A DNA stretch of 64,000 nt from Camelus ferus (Eukaryota): assembly GCF_009834535.1 (NCBI RefSeq), contig NC_045707.1, positions 54,748,001 through 54,812,000 on the forward strand. Reading direction: 5' to 3'. A program made the position numbers and the translations under genes. Positions 1 to 12,542 of the stretch are shown here, piece after piece. Every line of letters begins with the position of its first letter. Position 1 is the stretch's first letter. Below the pieces are notes generated by a model. It was given only the letters and a program-made list of their open reading frames with translations, made no database searches and was not told the DNA's origin.

Positions 1-175
1 TTTGCCCTCTCATTCTTTCTCTCTTTACATATAGACACACGCAAATCACAAATGCATGTGTACGAGGTTGTACATTTCTAGGTAATCCACTCTCATAGTT
101 TGAATTTTCTTATTGTCTTACTTTTTATATTGCTTTTATAAAATAAGTATCAGAATTTTCCAAAACAGTGGAATT

Positions 176-1270
176 AAAAGATAAGCCACAGATTCAAAGA
201 AAAATATTTGCAAAAAATCATATCTAATAAAGGATTTTATCCAAAATATATAAAGAACTCTTAAAACTCAATCATAAGAAAATAGACATGATTTAAAAAT
301 GAGCATAAGACCTTAACAGATCTTACCAAAGAAGATACACAGAACACAAAGAAGTATACAAAAAGATGCTCCATATCACACGTCATCAGGGAAATGCAAA
401 TTAAAACAATGAGACACCACTTCACACCTATTAGAATGATTAAAATCCAAAACACTGACACCATCATATGTTGATCAGGATTGTGGAGTAGAGAAACTCT
501 CATTCATTGCTGGTGAGAATGCAAAACAGTACAGCTACCTTGGAAGACAGTTTGTGGTTTCTTACAAAACTAAACATACTCTTATCATATGATCTAGCAA
601 TTGTGCTCCCTGGTATTTATCAAAAAGACTAGAAAATTCATGTCCACAAAAACTTGCACAAGGATGTTTATAACATATGTATTTATAATAGCCAACACTT
701 GGAAGCAACCAAGAGGTCCTTAGCAATGAATGGATAAGTAAACTTTGGTACATCCAGACAATGGGATATTATTCAGTGCTGAAAAGAAATGGCCATCAAG
801 CCATGAAAGAACATGGAGGAAACTTATGTGCATATTAGTAAGTAGAAGCCAATCTGAAAAGGCTACTATATGATTCTAATTAAATGACATTCTGGAAAAG
901 GCAAAACTGTGGAGGCAAAAGATGAGTGGTTTCCAGAGGTGGGAGAAAAAGAAGATAAAGAGAGCAGAAAAGATTTTCAGGGCAGTAAAAGTACTCTGCA
1001 TGATATAATGACAAGTATATGTTCTTATACATTTGTCCAAACACATAGAATGTACAGCACCGAGAGTGAACCGTAAAGTAAACTGTGGAATTCTGTAATT
1101 ATAATGTATCAACATAGGATCATCCTTGGTATAAAATATACCATTCTGGTGCTATTGATAATGGGGGAGCCTATGTACGCAGTAGGGCAGGAAGTATATA
1201 GGAAATCTCTATACCTTTCTCTTAATTTTATTATAAACCTAAAACTGCTTAAAAATAAAATCTTAAAAAG
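176..1270 (+). mobile_element. Old 5'-truncated LINE-1 (L1MC/L1MD-like): ORF2 3' end plus 3' UTR
   Basis: Decayed ORF2 C-terminal motifs (atgcaaattaaaacaatgagacaccac, ttcattgctggtgagaatgcaaaa). L1MC-type 3' UTR ending gtatataggaaatctctatacc...aaacctaaaactgcttaaaaataaaa. Confidence 0.85.
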
Positions 1271-1289
1271 TTTCCAAAAAGTGGGAACT

Positions 1290-1460
1290 TCTCTGATGAC
1301 TTAATATTGAGTTTGGTGAGTGCATAGAGGAATACTGTGATAGTAGTAAGAGAAGTAGCATCAAGAGAGAGTTTTTGTTAAGATGAAAGAGATAACAGTA
1401 TGTTTTTATTCTGATGGACAAGTTGATAGATGAAGATGGGTGAAGAACTGCTGAACAAAA
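1290..1460 (-). mobile_element. L2 fragment
   Basis: taagatgaaagagataacagtatgtttttattctgatgg resembles antisense L2 consensus. Confidence 0.45.
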
Positions 1461-1849
1461 TGTTTGAATAGACAATAATGGAAAAACACGACTGAATTAT
1501 TAATATGTGCAACAACATTTAACAAGCCAACTACAAAAACCTAAAAGGCACTTTAAAATAAAGTAAAGCATAATTCTTTCTATTGACTCTAATTTTTGTC
1601 TTAGTAAAAACTATGCCAAAATGTTTTCCTTCACAGCAGGATTTGATGGGCTACCTCTAAGGTAAAGAATAAACACATTTTGAAGATCAGCATTCATGAA
1701 ATAAGAGAAACTAGTACACTATTCAACTACGTTCTGCTTCTGAAGGTGTGCTTCATAGTAAATGACTGACCTCAGGGAATTGGGGGAAAATAATTATGAT
1801 GAATTAGTAAAAAGTATGAGCTCCACAAGGACCAAAAACGGAAGAGTCC

Positions 1850-2025
1850 TTACAGTGCTAAGTGATTTATATGCATTTAACTCAGCACAAAACCCTTATG
1901 AAGTAGTTGTTATCATTCCTGTCTTACTGATGTGGAAATAGAAGTTTAGATGAGTAAGTGACTTGTCCAAGGTCACCAACATTAAGCTGAGGCTAAAACA
2001 GGTGCCCTTAACTCCTGTGCTACTG
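1850..2025 (-). mobile_element. MIR SINE
   Basis: Antisense MIR core: ttactgatgtggaaatagaag...taagtgacttgtccaaggtcac. Confidence 0.75.
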
Positions 2026-2989
2026 GTCTCACTTCCTAATGAGAATCTTTGCTACCTTGACCTTTTAACATCAAGTAATGGCACACAGTGCATTTTTAGT
2101 CTTTAACTTAAAGGCAAGCATGGAGAATAATCCTTCCAATTACTTTCTATATATCCTTTTTTTTTCTTTTCATCTCTAGCAACTAATTTAAACTTCAAGC
2201 TTTTTCATTAGCCCCATTACACAAAACCTGGCTGTCTCTTTTATCTGTGGCCTTGTGAATTTTCTCAAAAACGATCCCCTGGGCTATTTTTGTGTTTGCA
2301 GTATTGGTAGCAATTGCATTCTTTTTATTTAAGCTGGTTATAAACACAAAGATGCTAATTTGGCCATTCTGTAACTTAACTCATGCAGGCAATGCCTTTT
2401 AATTTTTATCTATATCACTGTGTTGGTAGGAAAGAACAGATACATTTTGTTTCAGTAGATTGTAATGACTCTAGCTGTGACTAAAGGCTAGACAGTCAAT
2501 ATAAATATGGAATGCAGTGCTTGAAACTGAGATTCTAGATAATCTGTGGAGAATATACTTATTGTTAATGACAAAATATACAGGGAATGACTATAGGAAT
2601 GAAGAACAAGATCATTGCAAGGAGTCAAATCACTCTTTATTCTATGTTGGTATTGGGGTTACCAGAAAGTAAAATAAAGTTAATAACGAAGAAAATGATG
2701 GTAGTTTGGAGACAGTCTCCACAAAATGAGAGAGCAGTTGCTAGATTACTTCTCCATTGAAAGATAATGATTGACAAGCTATGTGTTTGTAGGAGGAAGC
2801 ATAGTGTATTTGGAGGGGAACATTTTACCACTGGTACAGGGATGCAGGAGAGAACACAACTACCACTGGAGAGGACTGTAGAAGCAGTGTCCTCTCCTGA
2901 GAACAGTTTCTAGTAGACCAAGAAGCTGAAGAAAGTAGAAATCCATAAGACTTTTAAACGGAGGAGGGGTTACCTTTTTCCTTAGTGAA

Positions 2990-3055
2990 AAGAGGGAGTT
3001 AGACTCAGTGATCTTTAGGCTTACTTCCATAAAACCTATAATTCTGTGATTCTGC
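2990..3055 (+). mobile_element. MIR3/L3 3' tail fragment
   Basis: ttagactcagtgatctttaggcttacttcc...attctgtgattct resembles the CR1/MIR3 3' terminus. Confidence 0.5.
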
Positions 3056-3159
3056 AAGTCAGGTGACCTATTTTATTTTCCAGGGCTTATTAATTGATTG
3101 ATTTTCCTGGTGGTCATCCAAGAGTCCTTCTTGTAGTCAAGTACAAAGTCTAGTTTATC

Positions 3160-3760
3160 TAGTCCACTGCTGCCTCTGCTAAAACCCAAGTACAAGCCAC
3201 AGTCATCTCTAATGTAGGCTACCTGTTCTCCCTCAGTCTACCTTTTTCCTTAATATGTCCTCTGAAGCCAGAGTGGTATTCTAGAAATAAAAATATGATT
3301 GTCATTTCCTAATTTAAAACCCTTTAATCGTTCTCAATTGCCCTTTAATGAAAACTAAAATTCTTTATACAGTCTTTTTTAAAGAAAGCTTTAAGTGATG
3401 TGGTTGCTATCTCTTTCTTTAGCTTAGTCTTGCTACCTTTCTTGTTAGTCTTAATGCTTTGTTTACAAAAGAGTATTTTCCCTCCCTTGAATGTCCTGTA
3501 TCCTTTCTTCTTTAATGGTTTCATTTATGCCTTTTCAATTTTATAATGTTCCTATCCTCTATCTATTCTTTGTTCTCAGCTTAAACTTATTAAGCATATT
3601 CTTCAGAAATCTTCTTGAGTCTCCAGACTAGGTTACAACTAGAAGAATAATTTCATAGCATACCCTACCTAGTTTGTCTCTTTTTAAATTTACATGTTCA
3701 ATAGATTTTAGACTGAAAATTCCATTGAGAATATGGTCTATTTTACCTGTTGGTTAAATA
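3160..3760 (+). mobile_element. L2 3' region
   Basis: caagccacagtcatctct...gccagagtggtattctagaaataaaaatatgattgtcatttcctaatttaaaaccctt matches L2a-like 3' motifs. Confidence 0.6.
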
Positions 3761-4206
3761 AATCAATAGGAAGCATGGACGTACTACAATAACACAAACA
3801 TAAACTTAAAATTAATCAATTTTCTAGAACTTGATGAAATAACATAATAGAACATAAAAGTGGAATTTTTCTTCAGAACCAAGTAAGACACAATGGTCCA
3901 AAACAACAGGACTAATAACCATAGTAAATATTTTAAATTGAAAGATGCTGTGGTGGACCACCAATAGCAAATAAAGTAAGCAAAAACAGCTCATCAGACA
4001 CCTTGAATATATGTAACGGTTGAAGTTAAGTAACCAACATGCTGGAAATGGGTAGTGAGAATTTTTTGGAGAAACTGTGCTCTGGATCACAACACAAAGA
4101 GGTGTTGCTTCCCTTTAGCTCTAGTCAGATGAGAAATGGTTTAAGAAGCCCCATGTGTTGTTTGAGGGGCAGAGTAGACTGGTCTTGGTATTGAAAAGGA
4201 GGAAAG

Positions 4207-4978
4207 TAGGGGACAAAGGAACTCTCCTACACTGTTGGGAATGTAAATTAGTGCAGCCACTATGGAAAACAGTATGGAGGTTCCTTAAAAAACTAAAAAC
4301 AGACATACCATATGATTCAGCAATCCTACTCCAGAGCGTATATCTGCAGAAAACCCTAATTTGAAAAGATACATGCACCCTGATGTCATAGCAGTACTAT
4401 TTACAGTAGCCAAGACATGGAAGTAATCTAAACATCCATCAACAGATGATTGGATAAAAACGTTTTGATAGATATAGATACAGATATAGATGATGGTGAT
4501 ACTACTCAGCTCCAGAAAACAGAGTGAAATAATGCCATTTGCAGCAACATGGATGGACCTAGAGATTATCATACTAAGTGAAGTCAGACAGAAAAAGACA
4601 AATACTATGTGATATCACTTACATGTGGAACCTAAAGTATGACACAAATGAACTTATTTACAAAACAGAAGCAGACTCACAGACATAAAAAAAAAAAATT
4701 ATGGTTACCAAAGGGGAAAGAGGGTGGGGGAAGGATAAATGAAAGGTTTGAGATTAGCAGATACAAATTACTATATATGAAATAGATAAACAACAAAGTC
4801 TTACTATATAGCACAGGGAACTGTAGTCAATATCCTGTAATACCTATAATGGAAAAGAATCTGAAAAAGAATATATATACATACATATGTATGTATAACT
4901 GAATCACTTTGTTGTACACCTGAAACTAATACAATACTGTAAATCAACTATACTTCAATTAAAAAAAAACTTAAAAAA
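4207..4978 (+). mobile_element. 5'-truncated lineage-specific (artiodactyl-type) LINE-1: ORF2 C-terminus, 3' UTR and poly(A)
   Basis: ORF 4155..4364 translates to [26 protein letters not shown] (L1 ORF2 C-terminus). 3' UTR ends ctgaatcactttgttgtacacctgaaactaatacaatactgtaaatcaactatacttcaatt followed by an A tail. Confidence 0.95.
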
Positions 4979-7744
4979 GAGAAAGCAAAGGTGAAAGGTG
5001 AATATTTATCTGAGGCAGCAGAAGAAAAAGTTTTATTTGCTTTGGAAGCCTCTTACATACTGGTAGTAGAGGCAAGGGTATTTGTGTTTTCTTGAGTGTC
5101 AAGTTAAAGTTCCATAGGAGAGAAAGGCTTTCAGAAGTTAAGTCAAATCCTTCCTGAGTGACTGTCCAGAGAGAGTGTGATCCTAACAAAAGGATAAGCA
5201 ATGCAAATCCCAAGAGCTGAGAAAGAACTATGAAGGGCTTACCAAAGAAATCTGCATCATCTTTTCATGGGAACACACTGAAACATTTCTAGTGTGACTT
5301 TCAAAGCCCCGAAAAGACATCTACAAGAGCCTCAGCTAAGATCAGAGCAAATGTGCTTCAAACATTTCCCAGTGGCTGAGATAAGCAATGCCAAAACACA
5401 AGGAAAATCCTTTTCCTCTTTTCTCCCGCTTTTCAATCTGGAGGAACCAGAGGTCCTACCTAGTTGGGGAAGAGAAGGAGATGTCAAGATGGGGAAGAGA
5501 AAGTAAGTCACTGACTGACAATTTTCTCATCTCAGGCTTCCCACCGACAACAAGCCCAAATTAGAAGAAAGATTAATTTACTCCAAGAGAATTTTGAGTT
5601 ATGACTACTGACTTCCCACAAATGGAAACTGTTTGTTTTGTTTTGTTTTTAATGAACAGAAGAATTTCAATCACTACATGTTTGACCATCAGAAGAAGTG
5701 TTGGAGGGTACGATTAAAATAAATAAATATTTAAATGGAATCATAAATAATAACAGGAGAACTTGCTGGTGTTAAAGCTCTGGACAAAGGGCACTTTCTG
5801 CATTAATGAAAATTAAGAAGAACAGATAATTGCATTGTGATTTATTGAGAATTTTATAATTTTGAGAATAGGTTGTGGGTCTCTTAGTTGGTAAGTAAAA
5901 AAAAAAAATCCAACTCTGAAACAGTTTCACTCTTTCCAAATTTTTTTGATTGTTTTCATCTTTCTAAAATGCTGAGAACTATATTCAGAAGGCCTACTTC
6001 TTAGCATAAGTAAAGTGTTACTTGATTTTTAAATATACAAACTCTATTTCTGACTCAATTTATATTAAACTCCAGTTGAAATTTTTTATTATGTACATAT
6101 TTCCAGTAAATGATTTCCTCAGTTCGGTCTGTGGTTTAATTTAAGCCTTCAGTATGTAAACCTTTTCCAAAACAGTGCATAAAAACCTAATTAAATCATG
6201 GGAAATGTGAAGTTGGTGGGAAAAAGAAAGAAAGAGAAAACAGATAGGAACTATGAAGAGTGGTGGGAACACCATTTGTTTATTTAAACCAAGTTCCGTT
6301 TCAGTAGTCCTGTTCTTAAAGCACACAGAAAAACCTGAATGTTTTTAGTTATATTCTTGTTCACAGGGCCATTAGGAAAGTCTTTGGACTATATTTTGAG
6401 AGCATTCCAGCAGAGTAAGACATAGTACATTATTTAAAGTTCTAAAGACCATTATCATCTTGCCTTTACCTGCTGACAAAAGCAGGCAGCTGTTTGAATA
6501 GATTTTTATTTATTTATTTTCTTTCTTCCCAGGACCTTTCATTATTCAGAACCATATTACTGTGTTGAAGCACTAAGTGGTGAATAATTCTATACATGTC
6601 TTTTTTCATTGTACTGTATTTCCAGGAGCTTTGGGTGCTTTCAACAAATAAAACAGTAGGCCCTCTCTACATTACTTAAACTGCCAAAGTTACACAGTAT
6701 TAGCCCACACAGATGAGGGTGTATGCTCGATGAATCCCCTTGATACACACACAAAAAGAAGTAATCAGAATGTCAACATTTTACATTCTGTTAAATAAAA
6801 GCAAAATTCTAGAAAAGGACGTTTATAAATAGGTTACCGAGAACCATTATCAGGAACACTTCAATTTTCTTTAGCTGTTGTAAAGGGAAATTATCCAAAC
6901 ATGCAGTTGATGCACAGAATCACCTATACCTTTTGAGATTTTTGTTTGTTTCTCTTACTGCACTTGACAGTAGTTTCCAGTTTAGAGTGTTCTGACATAA
7001 AAAGGAAAGCTTAACATTATACTGCAGCACATTATGTGACAGCAAGACATTTTTGCAACCTGAAAAACTAAATGAAAAAAATTTTAGCTAATAAAGCCAC
7101 TTAAGAAAGTACTGGCAGATATTTGAAGAAACTCAGTTTTTCGTTCTTGATGGCAAAGGGTCAACAGAATCTGTTTGTGGCCGTCTCATTGTTACTTATG
7201 GAATTGAAGGAATAACTTCCAGTTTGCTTGACACAAAGTCTGGCCAAGGCATCCTTGAAGCTAGAGATTTTAAGCAAGAACCCAATGTCTGCGATTTATT
7301 GACATAATTAGGATTCCTACTTTTGGGGATTCTATCTTGCTTTCATTGCTAGCTTTTAGGAATTATATTCTTTCCTTTAGGTGATTTGAAAATTTCAAAT
7401 TATTCAAAGCAGAAAATCACTTTGCAACATTTCTTTTGAACTGACAATATCTGTGATTACCTTACTTGTGTATATTGTTTCTCTCTCTCAGTCCATGAAC
7501 TTTTACCAGGACCCTTCTGGATGTATAGACCACTATAATGTGTGAAGCAAATATATAATAAACAGCTTTAGATTACAAAAAATTAAAGATATTATTAACT
7601 TTGTATATGCCTTTGATATTAGAAAAACAAAAACTATATCATAATTTAGACACAGTCAAAAAAATCACACAAAGATAAAAAATAGTTATAAGTAATTCAT
7701 TTATACATTAAAATATCAACTTTATGTCACAGAGTAAGGATTCT

Positions 7745-8010
7745 CAGATGTGGTAAACAGTGATGAATAAAAGAGATATGGTCTCTGCTCTTAAGGAAAT
7801 CCCGTATGTACTGCAATGTAGTAATACAGCAATCATAATTGAACCAGTGATTCACTGATTGATTCATTTATTTACATAGATAACCCTTTGAACTGACACT
7901 GTGCGTACAAAGACATAGCCCTCTTAATGAGTCACTCACATTTCATCTGAAAAGACAGACCAGTAAACATGGATTATATTACAATCTACAATACAGTGAA
8001 TGTAATTATC
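7745..8010 (-). mobile_element. L2 3'-end fragments
   Basis: gtgatgaataaaagagatatggtctctgctcttaagga and tgattcatttatt...gacagaccagtaaac are antisense L2 tail motifs. Confidence 0.45.
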
Positions 8011-8429
8011 AGAGTTTTATATGGGTACCTTAAACAGTAAGTACCATTACCTTTCCTGTTGGGATTAGGACATTTTTTTTCTTAAAGTAAAAGAGACTCA
8101 AAAATATAAGATCATTTTCAGACAGAGAAGAAAGGATATTTCAGGATAAGAGTTGTGACATGAATGTGTGTTTAGGGAGTCATGGGCTACACAGGCCAGA
8201 TGGTAGTGAGCAGGGGATACACGGGATGACACTACACTGTCTGCATTAATCATGAGCCTGTGACGTGGCTGCAAGAAGCTTATGGTAAACCAACTGCTCC
8301 AGCCCATTGTCCTGGAGTGCCCACTTTGGGACTTACAGTAATTGATGAAAAGATACTGAGAGAGTCAGGGACCTAGAGCCTAGTCACATGTTACACACTT
8401 AAGAGTAACCTGACCCGTTTATACCAGTT

Positions 8430-9450
8430 TAGTCGACATGCCCACCTGGATTTCTGGCAGGCATATTAAATCTAACAAGTCAGAAACAACCTCCAGATAA
8501 CATCCCCTATTTCTGCTTTTTCACAGACTTTCCAGTCCTTATCATGGCCATTCCATTCTCTTTGACTCAGGCCAAAATCTTGGAATCATTTCTGACACCT
8601 GATTACTCTCAAACCCTAAAGAGAATTTGCTAACACATTCTGCCTAGCTCTACTCTTGAAAATATATCTTGAAATTAATCAACTGTCACCACGTCTTTGC
8701 TCATGCCTCATCTGCATTATTTTAATTGCTTCTCAATAGGTTCCCATTTCTGGTGCTGCCCACCTTTGGTTTGTTCTTAATCTGGCAGCAAAATTATCCT
8801 GTTAAATAGCAGCCTGGTCATTTTTATTCCTCAGCTCAAACTCTCCAAGAGCTTGCCGATCAAGTAAAAGTCAAAGTGCTCACGAGGACCTACCAGTCCT
8901 TCCAGAATTTTTTCTCCTATATTCTCTCACGTCTGCACCTCCTGCCCTCTCCTCTTCTCTCCATTTGCTACAGCAGCGCTAGTGCCTTGCTGTTCTTTGA
9001 ATAGACTAGCTGTGCTCCTTCCTAAATGTCTGTATACTTAGTAGTCCTTTTGCTTGGAGTCTTCTTCCCCAACAGATTCACGTAACTTGCATCTGGATTT
9101 CAAGTCTTCACTCACAGGATACCTCTGCAGTGACACCTCCCCTGGCGGTCTTCATTCTTGTCTAAAATTACATCTTGCTGCTCCATCCTTTACCCTATCC
9201 CTGTCTGCAGCTCTTCCTTTCTCTACTTATGGCTTCAATGTCTTTTCCTTGGGGCTTATTACTATCTAACTTGCTATATAATTTAATAATTTTTTTTCTC
9301 TAGCTTCCTCACTAGAATGTAAACTCCAGAGCACATTTTTATTAAAAAAAAAAATCTTTCGTTGTTCGATGTTGCATCCATAGTACCTAGAACAGTTCCT
9401 GACACATAATGGGCATTCAATAAATATATATTAGGTAAATAACTGAATTT
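8430..9450 (+). mobile_element. L2 (L2a-like) 3' region, about 1 kb
   Basis: ctcaggccaaaatcttggaatcatttctgacacc through actagaatgtaaactcc and cctagaacagttcctgacacataatgggcattcaataaata (L2 terminus). Confidence 0.85.
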
Positions 9451-10189
9451 TAAAGAGTCATATCATCAAATGTTCATTAAGAATTCTACATTTATATTTA
9501 AATTTTTATTTTGTACGATGTGTACCTTAAAATATCACAGTGCTTTATGGAAGAGTAAGATGAAGAATGAAATATATACCATAATATCATGTCCATAAAT
9601 TATTTTTACATATGAAAACAGAAATAAACATTTTTTGGGAATGCATACAAACAGAATGGTACATGTATCAAACAAGATAGAATAGTTGCCTCTGGGAGAA
9701 TAGGGACATAGGAGTTATGTAAGAGGATAAAAGGAAATAACTCAAAAGAATAAAAGAGAACTATGTTGCAGAGTTTAATGGTAGTGGTTAACTCAATCCT
9801 CAGCACCTGAAGACATGTACTTGAGAAAGAGATGGGGGCGATGTAGATAGAGACAGAGATCGGCCAATGAGACTTTGATGTTCAACTGCCTTCTGCATTG
9901 TCTGATTCTATCACAGAGACTGCAAATGCTGCAAATGTGGACGAACAAAACAAAACTCTTTGAACTGAGCTTTTCTTGCATCTAGTGGTGCAATGTTACA
10001 CACATTAAAAAACAAAAGATATACAAGTGAAAATTCATGGGAGGACAACCTTTCCTAAAAAAGGACACGCCAGATTGGGAGAAAGTCTTTCACTTTTGCA
10101 CAGCTTTCCCCCTTAAGAAATACAGTAACAGTGCCTCTAGGTATGCAGCCAGATTGTAAACTTGAGCACAAACACCAGACAATAAATAT

Positions 10190-10330
10190 TGTGCAGTAAA
10201 GAGACAGAGGGAGCACAGATCTTTTTTGATACTGTTAAACAGCTCTGCAGTCACTGGACTGCTTACATGTGGGTTTCTTTGTTACATGGGAAAACAAACC
10301 CTTATAAGTCCTTATATTTTTTTCTATCAC
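10190..10330 (+). mobile_element. MaLR (MLT1-type) LTR fragment
   Basis: ctggactgcttacatgtgggtttctttgttacatgggaaaacaaaccct resembles an MLT1 3' part. Confidence 0.4.
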
Positions 10331-11479
10331 TTGATGCCTCTATCCATCTAGTTAGTCTATGGAATATAAGTGTCTTCCATTATTAGGATCTGAAATTTAC
10401 ATCATTCACTATCATTTAAAATGAAGATTTGTTTTGGCTCAGAGTGCTAAAAATATTATCTGTACCCATCAGACGGTGGAGGGAAGCCTGATTGAATTTA
10501 CTTGAATGACTTGCATAACAATGAAGAACAAAATATAGACAAGTTTAAAATGTAGAATAATACAATCAATTTTATTCCATTTCATGGCTGATGATTTATA
10601 AATATAAATAGGTAATGAATAAATTTTGCAAAATTGTCTGCATGAAGAATAAATTAGCTTGGATCATTTCTCCATAGCAGACTAATATAGGTACAGATTC
10701 TTTTTGTTTTTGACAATCATAGATGTTAGAGTATTTTGAGGGTTCCAAAGTCAAGAAAATGTATCCTTTAAACTATATTTGTTGTCAAACTGTTTGAATA
10801 TGTACTTACTACAAAGCCACTCAATGAAGCTTAAGCAGTGCATCTTCAATTGCATTTATTCACTCATTATGGAGCATGTACAGCTTCATCTGAAGTATTC
10901 CACTCTATATAATTTAAAGCATCTTTGAAGAGCAGATGCAAATTTTATCAATAAGTTAGTTTAGCACAAAAGATTTGCTATTAAGTATGCATCCTTCATG
11001 CTCAATGTTAACCTTTTAGTTTGCTCTAAATGCTTTACATGTAAAGTTGATATTATATATTTGAATGAGTTAAGGGTTGTAATATATTTTTGATGATTAG
11101 GAGAAAATAAAGAGTAAGAAAAATTGGCTTTAAAAAATACAAATGGAATTAATAAAGGCACACTAGAACACATTTTGGTTATTATTTGGTTTAAAAAAAT
11201 CACCTAAGAGCAATCCAACACTTACAATCCAGACAAAATTGTTATATATTCATTTTCATTCTGTAATATATTATGGATAATTATTTGATTTCTGTAATAG
11301 ATCCTGAATGTTTAAAAAAAAAGGCCCACTAGCTCATCTTTCTTCTGTGTCCTTTTGAGATATTCATAAACTCATAAGAACCTCTATTTGTACTGAAATT
11401 GTAATTATGACCCACTGTGAAAGTGAGAGCTGCAGACTAACATTCACTCATCTACCCAACAGTGTGCCAAATGCATTGA

Positions 11480-11885
11480 ACTGCTGACAGATCAGGCACA
11501 TATAGAACCTGTCTTCCCGGAGCTTTGTGCGTGGTCAAGAAGCAGTCTTGTAAAGAGGAAATTATTAGGTACCTAATAATTAAGCAATTCAATTTATGAG
11601 GGGGAAAGTTCAGTTATTTTAAGAAATTTAAGATGTGGGACCTGATGTGGCCTTAGGGTAAGAGAAGGCTTCCTGAGGGAAATGATTGTAAGTTAAAACC
11701 CCCCAAATGAGTAGGAATTAGCACGGCAAAGTGGGGGAAAAACTGTGAGGAAATGGATTCCTTGTGAAGGTACACCGCGATTGAAGTGTCAGAGGCAGGA
11801 GAGAATATTGCTCTTTCCAGAAAGTGCAAATAATTGAGCATGGATGGAAAGCAGAATAGGAGTTTGATAGTGGGCTGGACATAGC
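11480..11885 (-). mobile_element. L2 fragment
   Basis: agggtaagagaaggcttcctgaggga...atgagtaggaattagc...agaggcaggagagaatat are antisense L2 motifs. Confidence 0.7.
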
Positions 11886-12324
11886 TGGATGAAATCTGAT
11901 CATTTCTCCAAGAATCAAGATTTCTGTAGCCTGCCCTCCTTTCCCTTCACTACTCATCTTTCATCTTCTTAAGTTTGTATTGATCAGACTCTTCAAGACA
12001 CTCAGCATTTCCTCATTAATTCATAGTTCTTTTTAAATTGAATAACATTGTAACCAATTTTGGTTACCAAATCATGCCAAATTTGGGTGCATGGGTCTTT
12101 GCCAAGCTAGTCCTAGTGTACAGCATTATACAAAGGATGCCTTTCAAAAGTCCAACTTCCGGAAACCTGTGCTGTAAGTTTTGTACCTACCATCATTTTG
12201 ACTCCAAGTAAACAAAGAAACGAAACTCTGTTCTTCTCCTGGGAAAGAGGGTGAGGGCAGTGATGCTGACATCCTCCAACTGTTCTGACTAATTCACCCT
12301 TTTAACACTAGTAGCAGAACAAAG

Positions 12325-12542
12325 TTTAGAATCAGACTGGTCTGAGATGAAGTCTGTTTTACTACTTGAAAGCGGTGTAAATATGGTCAAGCTTCTCATT
12401 TCAGGATTAGTTGTTTCACCTGTAACATTGACATTAAACCTACATCTTTGTGTTGCCACCAGGATTAAAATAATTATGTGTGTTAAGATTTTAGAATAGC
12501 ATCTGGTATCTAGAAAGAGCTCAATATATGAGAGATACTGTT
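12325..12542 (+). mobile_element. MIR SINE
   Basis: agaatcagact...cacctgtaac...aggattaaaataattatgtg...ttagaatagcatctggtatctagaaagagctcaata follows the MIR layout. Confidence 0.6.

Noticed and set aside
6505..6595. Polypyrimidine tract plus cccag acceptor suggesting an exon
   Set aside because: Only a weak donor follows and the peptide is unrecognised; such acceptors are frequent in T-rich DNA.
7096..7307. Stop-free frame of about 70 codons (KYWQIFEETQFFVLDGKGSTESVCGR...)
   Set aside because: No ATG, no convincing splice sites, and no recognised homology.
8240..8370. Possible L3/CR1 fragment (catgagcctgtgacgtggctgcaagaagct)
   Set aside because: The similarity is too short and degenerate to call without a profile search.
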